Below, piece by piece: positions 39,330 through 48,607 of a stretch of 64,000 nucleotides of DNA. Under the pieces are notes generated by a model. It saw nothing but the letters and a program-made list of their open reading frames with translations. It made no database searches and was not told the DNA's origin. Source of the stretch: Trueperaceae bacterium. Lineage in GTDB: Bacteria > Deinococcota > Deinococci > Deinococcales > Trueperaceae. The DNA lies in contig CBDCDZ010000004.1 in assembly GCA_965215565.1 (NCBI GenBank), forward strand, positions 2,976,001-3,040,000. The letters run 5' to 3'. Every line of letters begins with the position of its first letter. Position 1 is the first letter of the stretch. A program made the translations under genes and the position numbers.

Positions 39330-39370
39330 CCCTTCCTAAAGGTTTCAAACCCTCTACAGTAGCCCTTGCG

Positions 39371-41407
39371 ATGCGCCCTTCTCTGCCTCCCTTACGCGCC
39401 CTCTGCGCTCTCGCTCTACTCCTCTTGAACGCCTGCGGTGGGGGCGAGTCACCCTACACGCTGACCGCCGTGCTACCCTCGCCGGTGACACCCGGTGAAA
39501 CAGCCGTCGTGTACGGCACACTCCCTCAAGATACAACCCTCTCACTCGACGAGACCTTGGTGCTCGGCACGCTGGTGCCCGGCGGTTTAGAGTTCACCGT
39601 ACCCGAAGCGGCGATAGCCGGGAGCCAGGTCCTCTCGGCTCGTATCGGCGGTCAAACGCTCTCCGGTGCCCTGCAAGTCGTGCCGCGCCTCGACACGGCG
39701 ACGTTGGCGGGGAACACCCTTACGGTACACGGTGCGGGCTGGCCTCTCGAAACATCGGCAGAAACGCCGGTCACGCTCGAGGTGGTAGGCAAAGCGCTTA
39801 CCCCTACGCTGAGCGCCGGGCAGCTTCAAGCCACTTTGCCCGACCTGACGCGCTACGGCTCCCTTTCGGTACGAGTCAAGGTCAACGACCAGGTGAGTAA
39901 CGCGCTGAACGTGGTGCGCGAGGCGGGTGCGGTTCAGGGTAAAGTGGTGTTCCCGGCGGAATCTGATGCAGCCCGCATACCAGCGTCACTAGAGGTTCAA
40001 GCAACAGACACCTCTAATTTCAGCGCCTTGCTCGTCTTCGCGGACGAAGCAGAACTCGAAGACCTCGAACTCGAGGGGCTAGAGCATATAGAGTCTCTCC
40101 CCGCCCTCGGCGTCACTCGGCTGAGCTTCGCCACCCGCGCCCAGGCTCGAGCAGCCTATCTATCCCTCAAAGCAGCAGGATTCGGTCTCGAGTACGACCT
40201 CCCCATTCGCACCGACGGCTTTGCAAGCTTGCAAGCGGATGTTCCCGATGAACCTGGCACGGGTCAGTGGCATCTGCCTCTACTCGGTCTCGAGCCCGCT
40301 TGGGAAGCCACGAAGGGCGGAGGTGTCGTCGTCGCGGTTGTCGATACCGGCGTCCAGCTCGATCACCCCGATTTAGTCGCAAACCTCCTACCCGGTTACG
40401 ACTTCGTGGACGGCAACGACCAGCCTTACGACCTCGCTGGACACGGCACGCATGTGGCGGGGCTTGTCGCCGCGAACGGGCAGGTCCTAGGAACCGCGCC
40501 TGAAGCTAAGCTTCTACCCATCCGCTCCCTCGAGGGCACCGCAGGCGGCAGCGCCTTCACCGTAGCGCAGGGCATCTTGTGGGCTGCAGGGCTAGGTGAG
40601 ATGGAGAACCCCAATCCCGCCGACGTCATCAACCTCTCCTTGGGCACGAGCGGCTATTCGGCCACGTTAGCGGGCGCGGTGACTGCGGCGCAGGCGACGG
40701 GTGTCGTGGTGGTAGCCGCTACGGGAAACAGCAGCGGTCCCTTGGCTTACCCTGCCGCCCTACCCGGCGTTCTCTCAGTGACCGCTTTAGCCGGACCCGA
40801 CATCGCGTATCAGCCCTGGTACGCCAACAAAGGAACCGGCGTGTGGGTTACAGGCTACGGTGGCGACACCACCCAGGACCAAGACAGAGACGGCTTTGAC
40901 GACGGCATCCTCTCAGCGGATTTGGGAGGCTACGCCCGGCGTATGGGCACCTCGATGGCTGCGCCGCAGGTCGCTGGCTTAGCCGCACTCGCGCTGGCTT
41001 CGGGGACGCCTGCTGAACTGGTACGGGATACGTTAGGTCACACCGCCACCGATCTCGGCGTGATGGGCTACGACGCCTCGTTCGGCTACGGTTTGGCGAC
41101 GGGGAGAACGGCTGGTCCAAGTACCCCTCGCAGCTACGTATTGGCGCTCGCCGAAAACGAAGTTGTGGGTTGGTCCTTGGTGCAAGCTGACGGGTCATAT
41201 CGACTCGACAATCTCCCTGTAGATCGTTCACTCGCCCTCGTCGCTGCCAGCGACGAGGATGGCGACACCGTCCTCGGCGAGTCTGGTGAGTTGCTCTCGG
41301 TCCCTGTTCCCTTTACACCCACGCCTGGCGACGTGCTCGAAGCGCGCGACCTCACCCTCACCCTCTCTGAGGGTTCCACATCCTATTCTTTGGAGGCTAC
41401 CCCCTAA
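39371..41407 (+). CDS. S8 subtilase lipoprotein with N-terminal IPT/Ig-like domains
   Basis: Lipobox LNAC; catalytic triad VVDTG, HGTHVAG, GTSMAAP. Confidence 0.92.
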   Translation: MRPSLPPLRALCALALLLLNACGGGESPYTLTAVLPSPVTPGETAVVYGTLPQDTTLSLDETLVLGTLVPGGLEFTVPEAAIAGSQVLSARIGGQTLSGALQVVPRLDTATLAGNTLTVHGAGWPLETSAETPVTLEVVGKALTPTLSAGQLQATLPDLTRYGSLSVRVKVNDQVSNALNVVREAGAVQGKVVFPAESDAARIPASLEVQATDTSNFSALLVFADEAELEDLELEGLEHIESLPALGVTRLSFATRAQARAAYLSLKAAGFGLEYDLPIRTDGFASLQADVPDEPGTGQWHLPLLGLEPAWEATKGGGVVVAVVDTGVQLDHPDLVANLLPGYDFVDGNDQPYDLAGHGTHVAGLVAANGQVLGTAPEAKLLPIRSLEGTAGGSAFTVAQGILWAAGLGEMENPNPADVINLSLGTSGYSATLAGAVTAAQATGVVVVAATGNSSGPLAYPAALPGVLSVTALAGPDIAYQPWYANKGTGVWVTGYGGDTTQDQDRDGFDDGILSADLGGYARRMGTSMAAPQVAGLAALALASGTPAELVRDTLGHTATDLGVMGYDASFGYGLATGRTAGPSTPRSYVLALAENEVVGWSLVQADGSYRLDNLPVDRSLALVAASDEDGDTVLGESGELLSVPVPFTPTPGDVLEARDLTLTLSEGSTSYSLEATP

Positions 41408-42765
41408 TGCCACGTTCGTCACTTCTACGCTTTAGGCGCTCTCTGCGCTCGAGTCTCTATTTGCTCACACTCCTGTTCGCTGCTACAACGTTCGCCCAGG
41501 TCAACTTGAGCGCCACCTATAGTGGCGACGTGGTGACCTTTGTAGGCGACCACAATATCCGCTACTTGGCAGACTACGCCACGAACACATTGGTATTGCC
41601 CGGCTCAGTGCTGAGCGACAAAGAGACCAAGTTTCCTGCGGGCTACGCGGTCACTTTAGAAGATGACCAAGTCAGAGTCGAAGTAGGTCAACCTTTTCGC
41701 GTTACCCTCTCCAGCAACGAGCGTGTCCTGACGCTCGTGCGCGGTGAGACGCTGGGTGCAGTGCCCGAGCGGATCGCAGGTGACGACCGCGCCCCAGTAA
41801 TGTACCGCTTAGCTAACGCTGAGCCGAGCCAAGTCGCCTCGCACCTCAGGAGCTTGTACGACTTACCCGTCGAGGTGGACCAGCGCCAACGCGCTCTCTT
41901 AGTGCGGGTCAATCCGCAGGACCGGACGCTCGTCGATGAGATCGTTACCGCTTTAGACGAAGCCCGTCCCCAAGTCATGTTCGAAGCCGAGATCGTCGAG
42001 GTCAACCAGTCGGTCACGCAGAGCTTGGGCATCAACTACGACTCGCTCTTCTCCTTTACCCTGACCGAGGGGGAAGTGCCTTCGGTCTTCGGTGCGGGTC
42101 CCTTCTCGCGCAACGGTATGTCGCTGACGCTTGGGTTGAACCTGCTCAAGACGAACGGAGCCGCTAACGTACTCGCGCGACCCAGGGTCACGACCTTAGA
42201 CGGCGTCCAAGCGCAGATCAACGCCACCCAATCGTTTCCAGTCGTCGTCTCCAGTTCGAACGGTCAGGAGAGCGTGCAGAACATCACTACGGGTATCCAG
42301 CTCTCGATGACGCCTAAGATCAGCCCGGACGGACAGGTGGAAGCCGAGTTGTCCATCTCAGTCTCGACACCGACAGGCATTACCTCGCAGAAGGTTCCTA
42401 CGTTTAGCAGCCGAGAAGCCTCCACTACAGTCAGAGTCGCCAACGGCGAGCCCATCGCCATCGGCGGGTTGTACGAGAAGCGTACCCTTAAAGGGGTGTC
42501 GAAAGTCCCTATCTTAGGGGACATTCCCATCCTCGGCGCACTCTTCACCTCCACCTCGACCGAGGAGCGCGAAACCGACCTGGTGATCGTGGTTACGCCG
42601 CGCATCGTAGATATGCCCAACGTGCGCGCGGTGCGCTCGGACGTAGCGCCGGTGGTCGTCGAGACGCCCGCAGAAGAAGAGACGCTCGAGACAGCGGCGG
42701 ACGAGGCGAGCACGAGCTTGGTAAATCCACTGCCACAAGTGGAAGAACCCGGCGAGCTACCTTGA
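41407..42765 (+). CDS. Secretin (GspD/PilQ family outer-membrane channel)
   Basis: Signal peptide; N3-like YRLANAEP..VDQRQRALLV; QVMFEAEIVEV, LARPRVTTLDG, TGIQLSMTPKI, KVPILGDIPILGALF, DLVIVVTPRIV; TAATG coupling to the subtilase. Confidence 0.92.
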   Translation: MPRSSLLRFRRSLRSSLYLLTLLFAATTFAQVNLSATYSGDVVTFVGDHNIRYLADYATNTLVLPGSVLSDKETKFPAGYAVTLEDDQVRVEVGQPFRVTLSSNERVLTLVRGETLGAVPERIAGDDRAPVMYRLANAEPSQVASHLRSLYDLPVEVDQRQRALLVRVNPQDRTLVDEIVTALDEARPQVMFEAEIVEVNQSVTQSLGINYDSLFSFTLTEGEVPSVFGAGPFSRNGMSLTLGLNLLKTNGAANVLARPRVTTLDGVQAQINATQSFPVVVSSSNGQESVQNITTGIQLSMTPKISPDGQVEAELSISVSTPTGITSQKVPTFSSREASTTVRVANGEPIAIGGLYEKRTLKGVSKVPILGDIPILGALFTSTSTEERETDLVIVVTPRIVDMPNVRAVRSDVAPVVVETPAEEETLETAADEASTSLVNPLPQVEEPGELP

Positions 42766-42823
42766 GCCCTTCGATGTGAAGAATTGAGCGTAGCACAACG
42801 AGGGGGAGTCGATAGACTGACGC

Positions 42824-43270
42824 ATGATTCGTCTGTGCTTAGTTTTTCTGCTCCTTCTTCTTGTCGCCTGTACACCAGCGACGGAGCCTGCACCCGAGCC
42901 GCCAGTGAGCACGAGTGATCCCGAGGTCTATAAGCGACTCATCGCGCCCTTTGAGGCTGACCTCGAGCGCTTAGGCGTCACCCTCACCGGCTACCAGACC
43001 TACCGCTACGAAGGCAATAACCCGAACGGCTTCATCACGGCTATCAACACCTTCTACCGCGCGTACCCCGGCTTCTGCCCCCTAGTCGACGCCTTCTACG
43101 CTGCGCCTAACAGCGCGCAGTTTATGACCGTGGCGAGTAACAACGGGACGCAAGTTCGCGTCTTCTTATATGACCAGTCGCGCCGACCGCGTTTGACGTA
43201 CGCTTACGTCGAAGGGGTGAGTCAGCAGCTCTTACCGGCGGTGGTTTGTGAGACGGTGACGGGGGACTAG
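42824..43270 (+). CDS. Small lipoprotein downstream of the secretin (pilotin candidate)
   Basis: Lipobox LLVAC; position only. Confidence 0.6.
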   Translation: MIRLCLVFLLLLLVACTPATEPAPEPPVSTSDPEVYKRLIAPFEADLERLGVTLTGYQTYRYEGNNPNGFITAINTFYRAYPGFCPLVDAFYAAPNSAQFMTVASNNGTQVRVFLYDQSRRPRLTYAYVEGVSQQLLPAVVCETVTGD

Positions 43271-43301
43271 GGGCGGGCTCAGTCCTATTTTTTGGCAAGA
43301 C

Positions 43302-43336
43302 TTTTATGCGGCAGAACGGGCCAACAGCCGCATAAG
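43302..43336. repeat. TTTTATGCG-N18-CGCATAAG dyad, copy 2
   Basis: Matches 24293-24327; lies between convergent genes. Confidence 0.6.
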
Positions 43337-43344
43337 CTCTGAGT

Positions 43345-44964
43345 CTATTCCTGGTAGAAGTTGCCAGCGATGTTCGCGTCGGTAACTTCTACCCATCCCT
43401 CTTTCACTGCCTCTATCCCCATGAGCTTCTCCGGCTCTCTGCTGACAACCATCAGCACCGCGTCCTCTTCGACGAGCCATTCTTCGAGTTTACTGAAGTT
43501 ACGCCGCACCGTCCGCGAATCGTATTTACCGTACCCGCAAAGCAAATAGCGCTTCTTGCCTTCAGGTGAACGCAAGCTGATAAGGAATCGCCCTTCCTTC
43601 TTCAAATACGTCCAGCCTTGCGCCTCGAGCTTCTCCCTCACTCTGCGTCTCATCACCTGCCCAGCAGCAGTATTGGGCGTCAGAGGAGGACATTGGCATA
43701 CGCCGAGCGCCCTTCTACCTCGTGAGCCAATCGAGACTAACGTGCCCAAAGGACTGTCCAACGTCGTGAGGTAGCGTTGGTTGAGCAAATACTCGGAGTC
43801 GACCACTCGTGTGCAAACAACCTCTATACGATCTGCGCCATGCTCCAACAAATCTTGCAGGCAGGCTTTGTCTTGCCCGGTCAAGTCACCGTAAGCATTG
43901 GGCGGTTTGTGTTCTTTCTCAAATCGGAGTCTTGCCTCATGCGCTTCGTCTACGGCAGTTTCTAGCCAGAGAGGAACCTCGCCCATATCGCCTAACAAAT
44001 ACGACGGAGCCATCTCAGTCTGCGCATAAGCCTGGATAAAGCGCTCGGACCAATCTCCGAACAGCCACGCTGCCATCCTCAAAAGCTGATGACGGTTGAT
44101 AAAGGGCTGGTATTCGAAATCGTTCGGCGTGTCCGCGAGGTCAAAGGCCATATCAGGTATGCCCACACGCTCGGCGACATGAGCGCCGAACGGTCCTGTA
44201 TGGCGCGTACCAGTGAGGGCGGTAAGGAGAGGGCGCAACCCGTCGAAATACGCCAGGCTCGAGTGTACGGACTCATGCGCCTTGCCGTGACTCGGAAGCG
44301 TTGTGTAGCCGGTCTCGAGAGCGTTCAGCAACTTCGCCTGAAACGTTCTGATGTCAGGGTCAGCTACCTTCAACCTCGAGGGGTCGTTCCCGCTCAAATC
44401 TTTGCCGCACCGATGACACACGTTGATAGGAACATCGGAAGGCTCGGTTTTGTTCGTATGCACACCCATATCGACTTTGTGAGGCGCGACGGGCGCTTTG
44501 CAGTTCGGGCAGCGGTCGAGGAGCAACGTCCCGTGTTCGGGGCAAACCGTCACAAAAGCAAGTCGCCACAACCGCCGGAAGTAGGGCGGGTCCTGCGCTA
44601 AGCATAGGGGACAATACTGCAAGCCGTAGCGTTTTCGGGAACGATGATAGACACCTGCGTGCAGTATCCAGCGGTTGTTGCTGTTGGGACTGTGTTTGGC
44701 GTAGAGCTTGCCTGCGTAGGGCCATAAGGTGGTGTGGTAGAGGCTCGAGACGTGCTGACCGGACTGGAAAGCTAAGGGCAAGAGTAGCTTCAGCGGAGCC
44801 GACTTGTCCACATCGCGGTTCCACACCTGGTGGTCGGGGACGGTGAGCTTGGTGAAGCTATGGAGCTTCTGCAAGTTCTCCTTGGCGAAGCGGATGAGCC
44901 AGCTACTGAGCAGTTCGTCGGGTAGGGGGTGTGGGTGAACTGGCCAGACGTTACCCGAGATCAT
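43345..44964 (-). CDS. tniQ: TniQ/TnsD-family target selector with a long C-terminal extension
   Basis: PHPLPDELLSSWLIR, QYCPLCL, WRLAFVTVCPEH, CPNC, CHRCG; overlaps the tnsC stop. Confidence 0.92.
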   Translation of the reverse strand: MISGNVWPVHPHPLPDELLSSWLIRFAKENLQKLHSFTKLTVPDHQVWNRDVDKSAPLKLLLPLAFQSGQHVSSLYHTTLWPYAGKLYAKHSPNSNNRWILHAGVYHRSRKRYGLQYCPLCLAQDPPYFRRLWRLAFVTVCPEHGTLLLDRCPNCKAPVAPHKVDMGVHTNKTEPSDVPINVCHRCGKDLSGNDPSRLKVADPDIRTFQAKLLNALETGYTTLPSHGKAHESVHSSLAYFDGLRPLLTALTGTRHTGPFGAHVAERVGIPDMAFDLADTPNDFEYQPFINRHQLLRMAAWLFGDWSERFIQAYAQTEMAPSYLLGDMGEVPLWLETAVDEAHEARLRFEKEHKPPNAYGDLTGQDKACLQDLLEHGADRIEVVCTRVVDSEYLLNQRYLTTLDSPLGTLVSIGSRGRRALGVCQCPPLTPNTAAGQVMRRRVREKLEAQGWTYLKKEGRFLISLRSPEGKKRYLLCGYGKYDSRTVRRNFSKLEEWLVEEDAVLMVVSREPEKLMGIEAVKEGWVEVTDANIAGNFYQE

Positions 44965-45889
44965 TGAACAGGAGTTCAGCCTCTTTGCGCCGCTCCGAAG
45001 GCAAGACCCAGTCGATCCCCTTCAGGGCATTCTCGTCGATGAACTCCGTTCCCTGCCGTATCGCATAGACCGCCGCTTCGTTCAAGATGGTCGAGAGTTC
45101 GCCGATATGCCCCTCGGACATGTCGTGCAGCTTGACGCCGAGCTTAGCGAGGTTCGAAGGGCGCTTCAGGGGAATGAGCTTCTCAAAGCTCATCAACAGC
45201 TTCGCGAACCCTTCGTCCTTTTTCCACAGCGGGAGCGGGGCGGGCTTGAAGCGGTTGGCGAGCTGCGGGTCGATCTGAAGGGCGCGTAACGCATCCTTCG
45301 TCCCTACCCCGACGATAGGAATTCGCAATTCGTTTCCTAAGTATTTGATGGCTTGCAAGACCCGTCGCTGCTGCCGCGCCGTACCGGAGAGGACGTGATG
45401 GAGTTCGTCGATGATCAGCACCTTCGTCTCGATACGCTGCAAGAGTCCCATCGCCTGGTGCTGCTTGCGGCTAGCTTTATCGGTCTCTTTGAAAGGCGCG
45501 AAGAGCTTCTTGAGAAGTTCCTCGTATAGCCGCCCTTCGTCCGCCTCGGGCGGTGCTTGAAAGAGCACCACCGGGATGTGTATGGACTCGCCACTCAGGT
45601 TATCGTCCGCCGGATTATCGGCTAAAAACTTCCTGACCAACTCGGTCTTGCCGTTGTTCGTCGGACCGACGATCAGCAGATTGGGCATCCGGTTCGTCTT
45701 GGGATGAGTGATGAGGTCTTGTAGCTGATCGCGGATTTTGTTGGTGCGGGTGTAGCCGATCCAGCGCGGACTTTTGATATGGAGGATGCGGTCCTCTTCG
45801 GTGTCGCCCAATACTTCCCGCGCCCTCGGGGTCAGATGCGCGTAGGGCTCGAGCGTTTCGCTCGGGCGGGGACGCTGTAACGTGCTCAT
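44951..45889 (-). CDS. tnsC: TnsC/TniB AAA+ ATPase
   Basis: RWIGY, GPTNNGKT, LIIDELHH, QLANRF. Confidence 0.93.
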   Translation of the reverse strand: MSTLQRPRPSETLEPYAHLTPRAREVLGDTEEDRILHIKSPRWIGYTRTNKIRDQLQDLITHPKTNRMPNLLIVGPTNNGKTELVRKFLADNPADDNLSGESIHIPVVLFQAPPEADEGRLYEELLKKLFAPFKETDKASRKQHQAMGLLQRIETKVLIIDELHHVLSGTARQQRRVLQAIKYLGNELRIPIVGVGTKDALRALQIDPQLANRFKPAPLPLWKKDEGFAKLLMSFEKLIPLKRPSNLAKLGVKLHDMSEGHIGELSTILNEAAVYAIRQGTEFIDENALKGIDWVLPSERRKEAELLFNDLG

Positions 45890-47788
45890 TTAGCTCTCCT
45901 GCAATTCGTCGAAGGGCGTGATGCTCGAGAGATCGAACGGGAAAGCCTGCTCCTGCGCGTCGTCTCGGCGCTCGGGCGGCGGCTTCCCGGCGGGTTTAGA
46001 GGGTTTCGTAGCCTTAGCGTGCTCCGTGCGGCGCTGCACGTTCCGGCGGGCGCTCCGGGTCTTCCTGGCGGCTTCTTCCTCGATTTCGCGCATTCGAGCC
46101 ATAGCCGCGAAGAGGTCGTCCTCGTTGATCTTCTCCGCACCCTGCTTCTTGAGGTGGCGGACGACTTTGCGCATCTCCCAGAGGCTCGCAGGGGGGCGGA
46201 TTACGTTCGCATAAGGGATTTCGTAGTACCTGTCCAGTTCGGGGTCCAGGAAGTAGATGCGGCTCATATCTCTAGGGTCGTAGCGGATGATGAACTTGCG
46301 CTTCTCGTTCTTATGCTTCGGGTTCGGCGCGTGTATCCAGCGCCTCAACACGTCGCTGTAGTAGTCCACATAGTAGTAGCGGACGCCGTAGTTCTGCACC
46401 GTCGTCCGGTCGTAGAAGGGCATTAGGTCGAGCCGCAACCGCTCTTCGTCCAAAACGAAGGCCGGCAGCCCGCGCCCCGGCTGCTCGTCGTTGCCGAGGA
46501 TGGCTTCTTCGTAGCGTACCAACGGGCTCGTGAAGATTTCGCTGTGGACGCGGTTATGGTACTTGACCAAGAGTTGGGCGAGCCAAGTTTCGAACTCCGA
46601 CAGGGTCATGACGGCGCTCCCGGCGGAGTCGTAGTCGCGCTTCTCCTGAACGTTGTGGAAGGTGGTGCCGGGGAGCTTATGAATATCCGCCGCGAAGGTG
46701 TCCATGAGCCGCTCGATGTGACCGCCGAACTCAGCTTTCCCTTTAGGGCGGAAGTCACTCTCGATGTCGTACTCCTTGCAAGCCCGGCGGAGCATCTTGC
46801 CTCTGAACTCCTTAGCGGTGTCCGCGTGGACTGCCTCCGGCAACCCCCAGCACGGCCAGGAAGCCTCGACGCCGTACTGCGCCAGCCACCGCTCCTTAGG
46901 CAAGATAGCGCGGGTCAAGCAGGAACCGACAGCGAAGGCGTTGGGGCTGTCGAAGGAGATATAGAAGCCCAAGCACATGCGGCTGTAGACGTCGATGGCG
47001 AGGGTGATCCAGGGTCGTCCGATGGCGATGCGATAGACGTCGTCTACGAGCTCCAGGTCTACCTTAGTGTGGTCTATCTGCACGGTCTGCAAGGGAAAGT
47101 TACCATCGGGAAAGGAGCCCGTTTTGGGATCGTACTTCTGTTCGGCGGCGCGTTTGCCGTGACGCTTACTGAGCCGCTTCTTCTCCTCGATGGCGGCGAT
47201 TCGCCGCCGGATTGTCGAGTCTCCCGGTGGTGTCAGTTTGGGTGTGGCGTTACGGCATTTGAGAAGGACGTCGTCGATAGTGTCTTGAACCGAGCGTCGT
47301 TGAGGCGTGAGGTAGCGCTCATTGATGGCTTCCTCGATAATCGCTTCGAGCGCCGGGTCGAGCCGCTTGCCGGACTTGCCCGGCTTGTTAGGGATGAGAT
47401 CAGTGACGCGCCCACCCCCTTCGTAGCGTTTGAGCCAGCGGTAGAGGGTGTTGGTACTCACACCGACCTTCTTCGCTCTCTGGGCGACGTCGGCACGGGT
47501 ACGGCGGCGGTCTTTGATAGCGAGCAGCGGGCGGATAGCTTTGTAGCGTTCGGCTCCGATGTTCCACTCGGCATCGGGTGTGGCGACGAGATCGTAGCCG
47601 ACCCCTTTGCCTTCTTCGGAGACGGGGGGCAGGTCCGGCTTGAGGGTGTGAACGTTCAGGCGTTTGAGTTCTCCGGAAGTCTCCTCGCGACCCAGGACGG
47701 TTTGCATGTCGAGGACGTGGGTGATGATGTAGTGCTTGCCCGCGTAGGTGACGGGGTTGCCGATGGCGGGCTCGACGGATATGGACAT
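45890..47788 (-). CDS. tnsB: TnsB/TniA DDE transposase
   Basis: HTH TLYRWLKRY, VQIDHT, IDVYSR, HADTAKEF, GHIERL, RYDPRDMS; AGGAG before the ATG at 47788. Confidence 0.95.
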   Translation of the reverse strand: MSISVEPAIGNPVTYAGKHYIITHVLDMQTVLGREETSGELKRLNVHTLKPDLPPVSEEGKGVGYDLVATPDAEWNIGAERYKAIRPLLAIKDRRRTRADVAQRAKKVGVSTNTLYRWLKRYEGGGRVTDLIPNKPGKSGKRLDPALEAIIEEAINERYLTPQRRSVQDTIDDVLLKCRNATPKLTPPGDSTIRRRIAAIEEKKRLSKRHGKRAAEQKYDPKTGSFPDGNFPLQTVQIDHTKVDLELVDDVYRIAIGRPWITLAIDVYSRMCLGFYISFDSPNAFAVGSCLTRAILPKERWLAQYGVEASWPCWGLPEAVHADTAKEFRGKMLRRACKEYDIESDFRPKGKAEFGGHIERLMDTFAADIHKLPGTTFHNVQEKRDYDSAGSAVMTLSEFETWLAQLLVKYHNRVHSEIFTSPLVRYEEAILGNDEQPGRGLPAFVLDEERLRLDLMPFYDRTTVQNYGVRYYYVDYYSDVLRRWIHAPNPKHKNEKRKFIIRYDPRDMSRIYFLDPELDRYYEIPYANVIRPPASLWEMRKVVRHLKKQGAEKINEDDLFAAMARMREIEEEAARKTRSARRNVQRRTEHAKATKPSKPAGKPPPERRDDAQEQAFPFDLSSITPFDELQES

Positions 47789-47796
47789 TGTGTCTC

Positions 47797-48474
47797 CTAG
47801 TCTAAGTCTAAACTCCAGAGTTCGCTGGTCATCGTCAGGGGAACGTTGAGGTCCGCGCCTATCCATTTGCGCGAGACCAAGTTCCAGACGACGGGCAGGA
47901 GCTTGGCTTGATTGGTGCGGTCCGAGTAGATCGCGCTGAGCAGGTCGGCAGGCGTGGTGGTTTGCAAGATGGCGAGGGTGTCGATGACGAGGGGGATGTG
48001 AGGGTCGTCTTCCATGCTGCGGTAGCGCTGCAAGAACTTGGCGTTGTCCAAGTAGGGCGTGCGGATTTCCCGCTCGGTCAAGATACAGAACCTCCAGCCC
48101 TCTTCACGGGCGTGGGTCTGCGCCGCCCTGAATTTCGGTTTGAATTCGCACCACTTCTTCCGCAGAATCTCGCGCGGTTTGACCTCGCAGAGCAGCGTCG
48201 GCATCTCTTTGGCGGGGGTGATGTCGTTGCGGTAGCGCACGAGCACGTCGGGCGTGTAGGTACGCTCCTTGCCGTTTTCGTCCGTATATTCCAGGACCAT
48301 CGGCTGAACAAAGAACGCCGCCACGTTGAGGTCGAAGCGGAGGATGCGGAGGAAATCGCGCTCCAACGCCGACTCGAACTCCGCCATGTCCTGACCCTCT
48401 TTGGCAGGCGTCGCGCCCGTCAAGCTCAACCAGGTAGGCTTGATTTTACGAACCGGCTTGAACTCATCCGCCAT
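47797..48474 (-). CDS. tnsA: TnsA endonuclease
   Basis: FESALERDF, QP, YTPDVLV, CEVKP, LTEREIR. Confidence 0.93.
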   Translation of the reverse strand: MADEFKPVRKIKPTWLSLTGATPAKEGQDMAEFESALERDFLRILRFDLNVAAFFVQPMVLEYTDENGKERTYTPDVLVRYRNDITPAKEMPTLLCEVKPREILRKKWCEFKPKFRAAQTHAREEGWRFCILTEREIRTPYLDNAKFLQRYRSMEDDPHIPLVIDTLAILQTTTPADLLSAIYSDRTNQAKLLPVVWNLVSRKWIGADLNVPLTMTSELWSLDLD

Positions 48475-48483
48475 ATACACAAC

Positions 48484-48607
48484 CAGTACCAACAATTACA
48501 GTCATATCGTCAACCAGTCCCAGTAATCGAGAAAAGCAGTCACACGGATTGTGACCGAATACCCCTATTATGATCCTTATTAGTACCATTGATTGTGGTG
48601 GTTGTCA
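48484..48607 (-). repeat. tnsA-proximal transposon end with 4-5 putative TnsB-binding repeats
   Basis: CAGTACCAACAATT (48484), CAGTCCCAGTAATC (48515), CAGTCACACGGATT (48537), a weaker copy near 48557, TAGTACCATTGATT (48581), then ...GTGGTTGTCA. Confidence 0.75.

Larger units (their letters stand above)
2269..48607. mobile_element. Tn7-like transposon (46,339 bp) inserted in comM
   Basis: Ends TGTGAACCACCACAATT and (reverse complement) TGACAACCACCACAATC, 5-bp TSD, tnsABC-tniQ at one end, tnsE-like gene at the other. Confidence 0.95.

Noticed and set aside
41407..42765. Complete T2SS or type IV pilus locus
   Set aside because: No ATPase, platform, pilin or prepilin peptidase genes in the window
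46544..48573. Long plus-strand ORFs of 418 and 221 aa
   Set aside because: Antisense shadows of tnsB and tnsA in GC-rich DNA, with no motifs; the same applies to ORFs such as 15077-15877 and 51554-52435
2269..48607. CRISPR-associated transposon (CAST)
   Set aside because: No cas genes or repeat-spacer array seen; the Cas4-like cysteine nuclease is the C-terminal domain of a UvrD helicase
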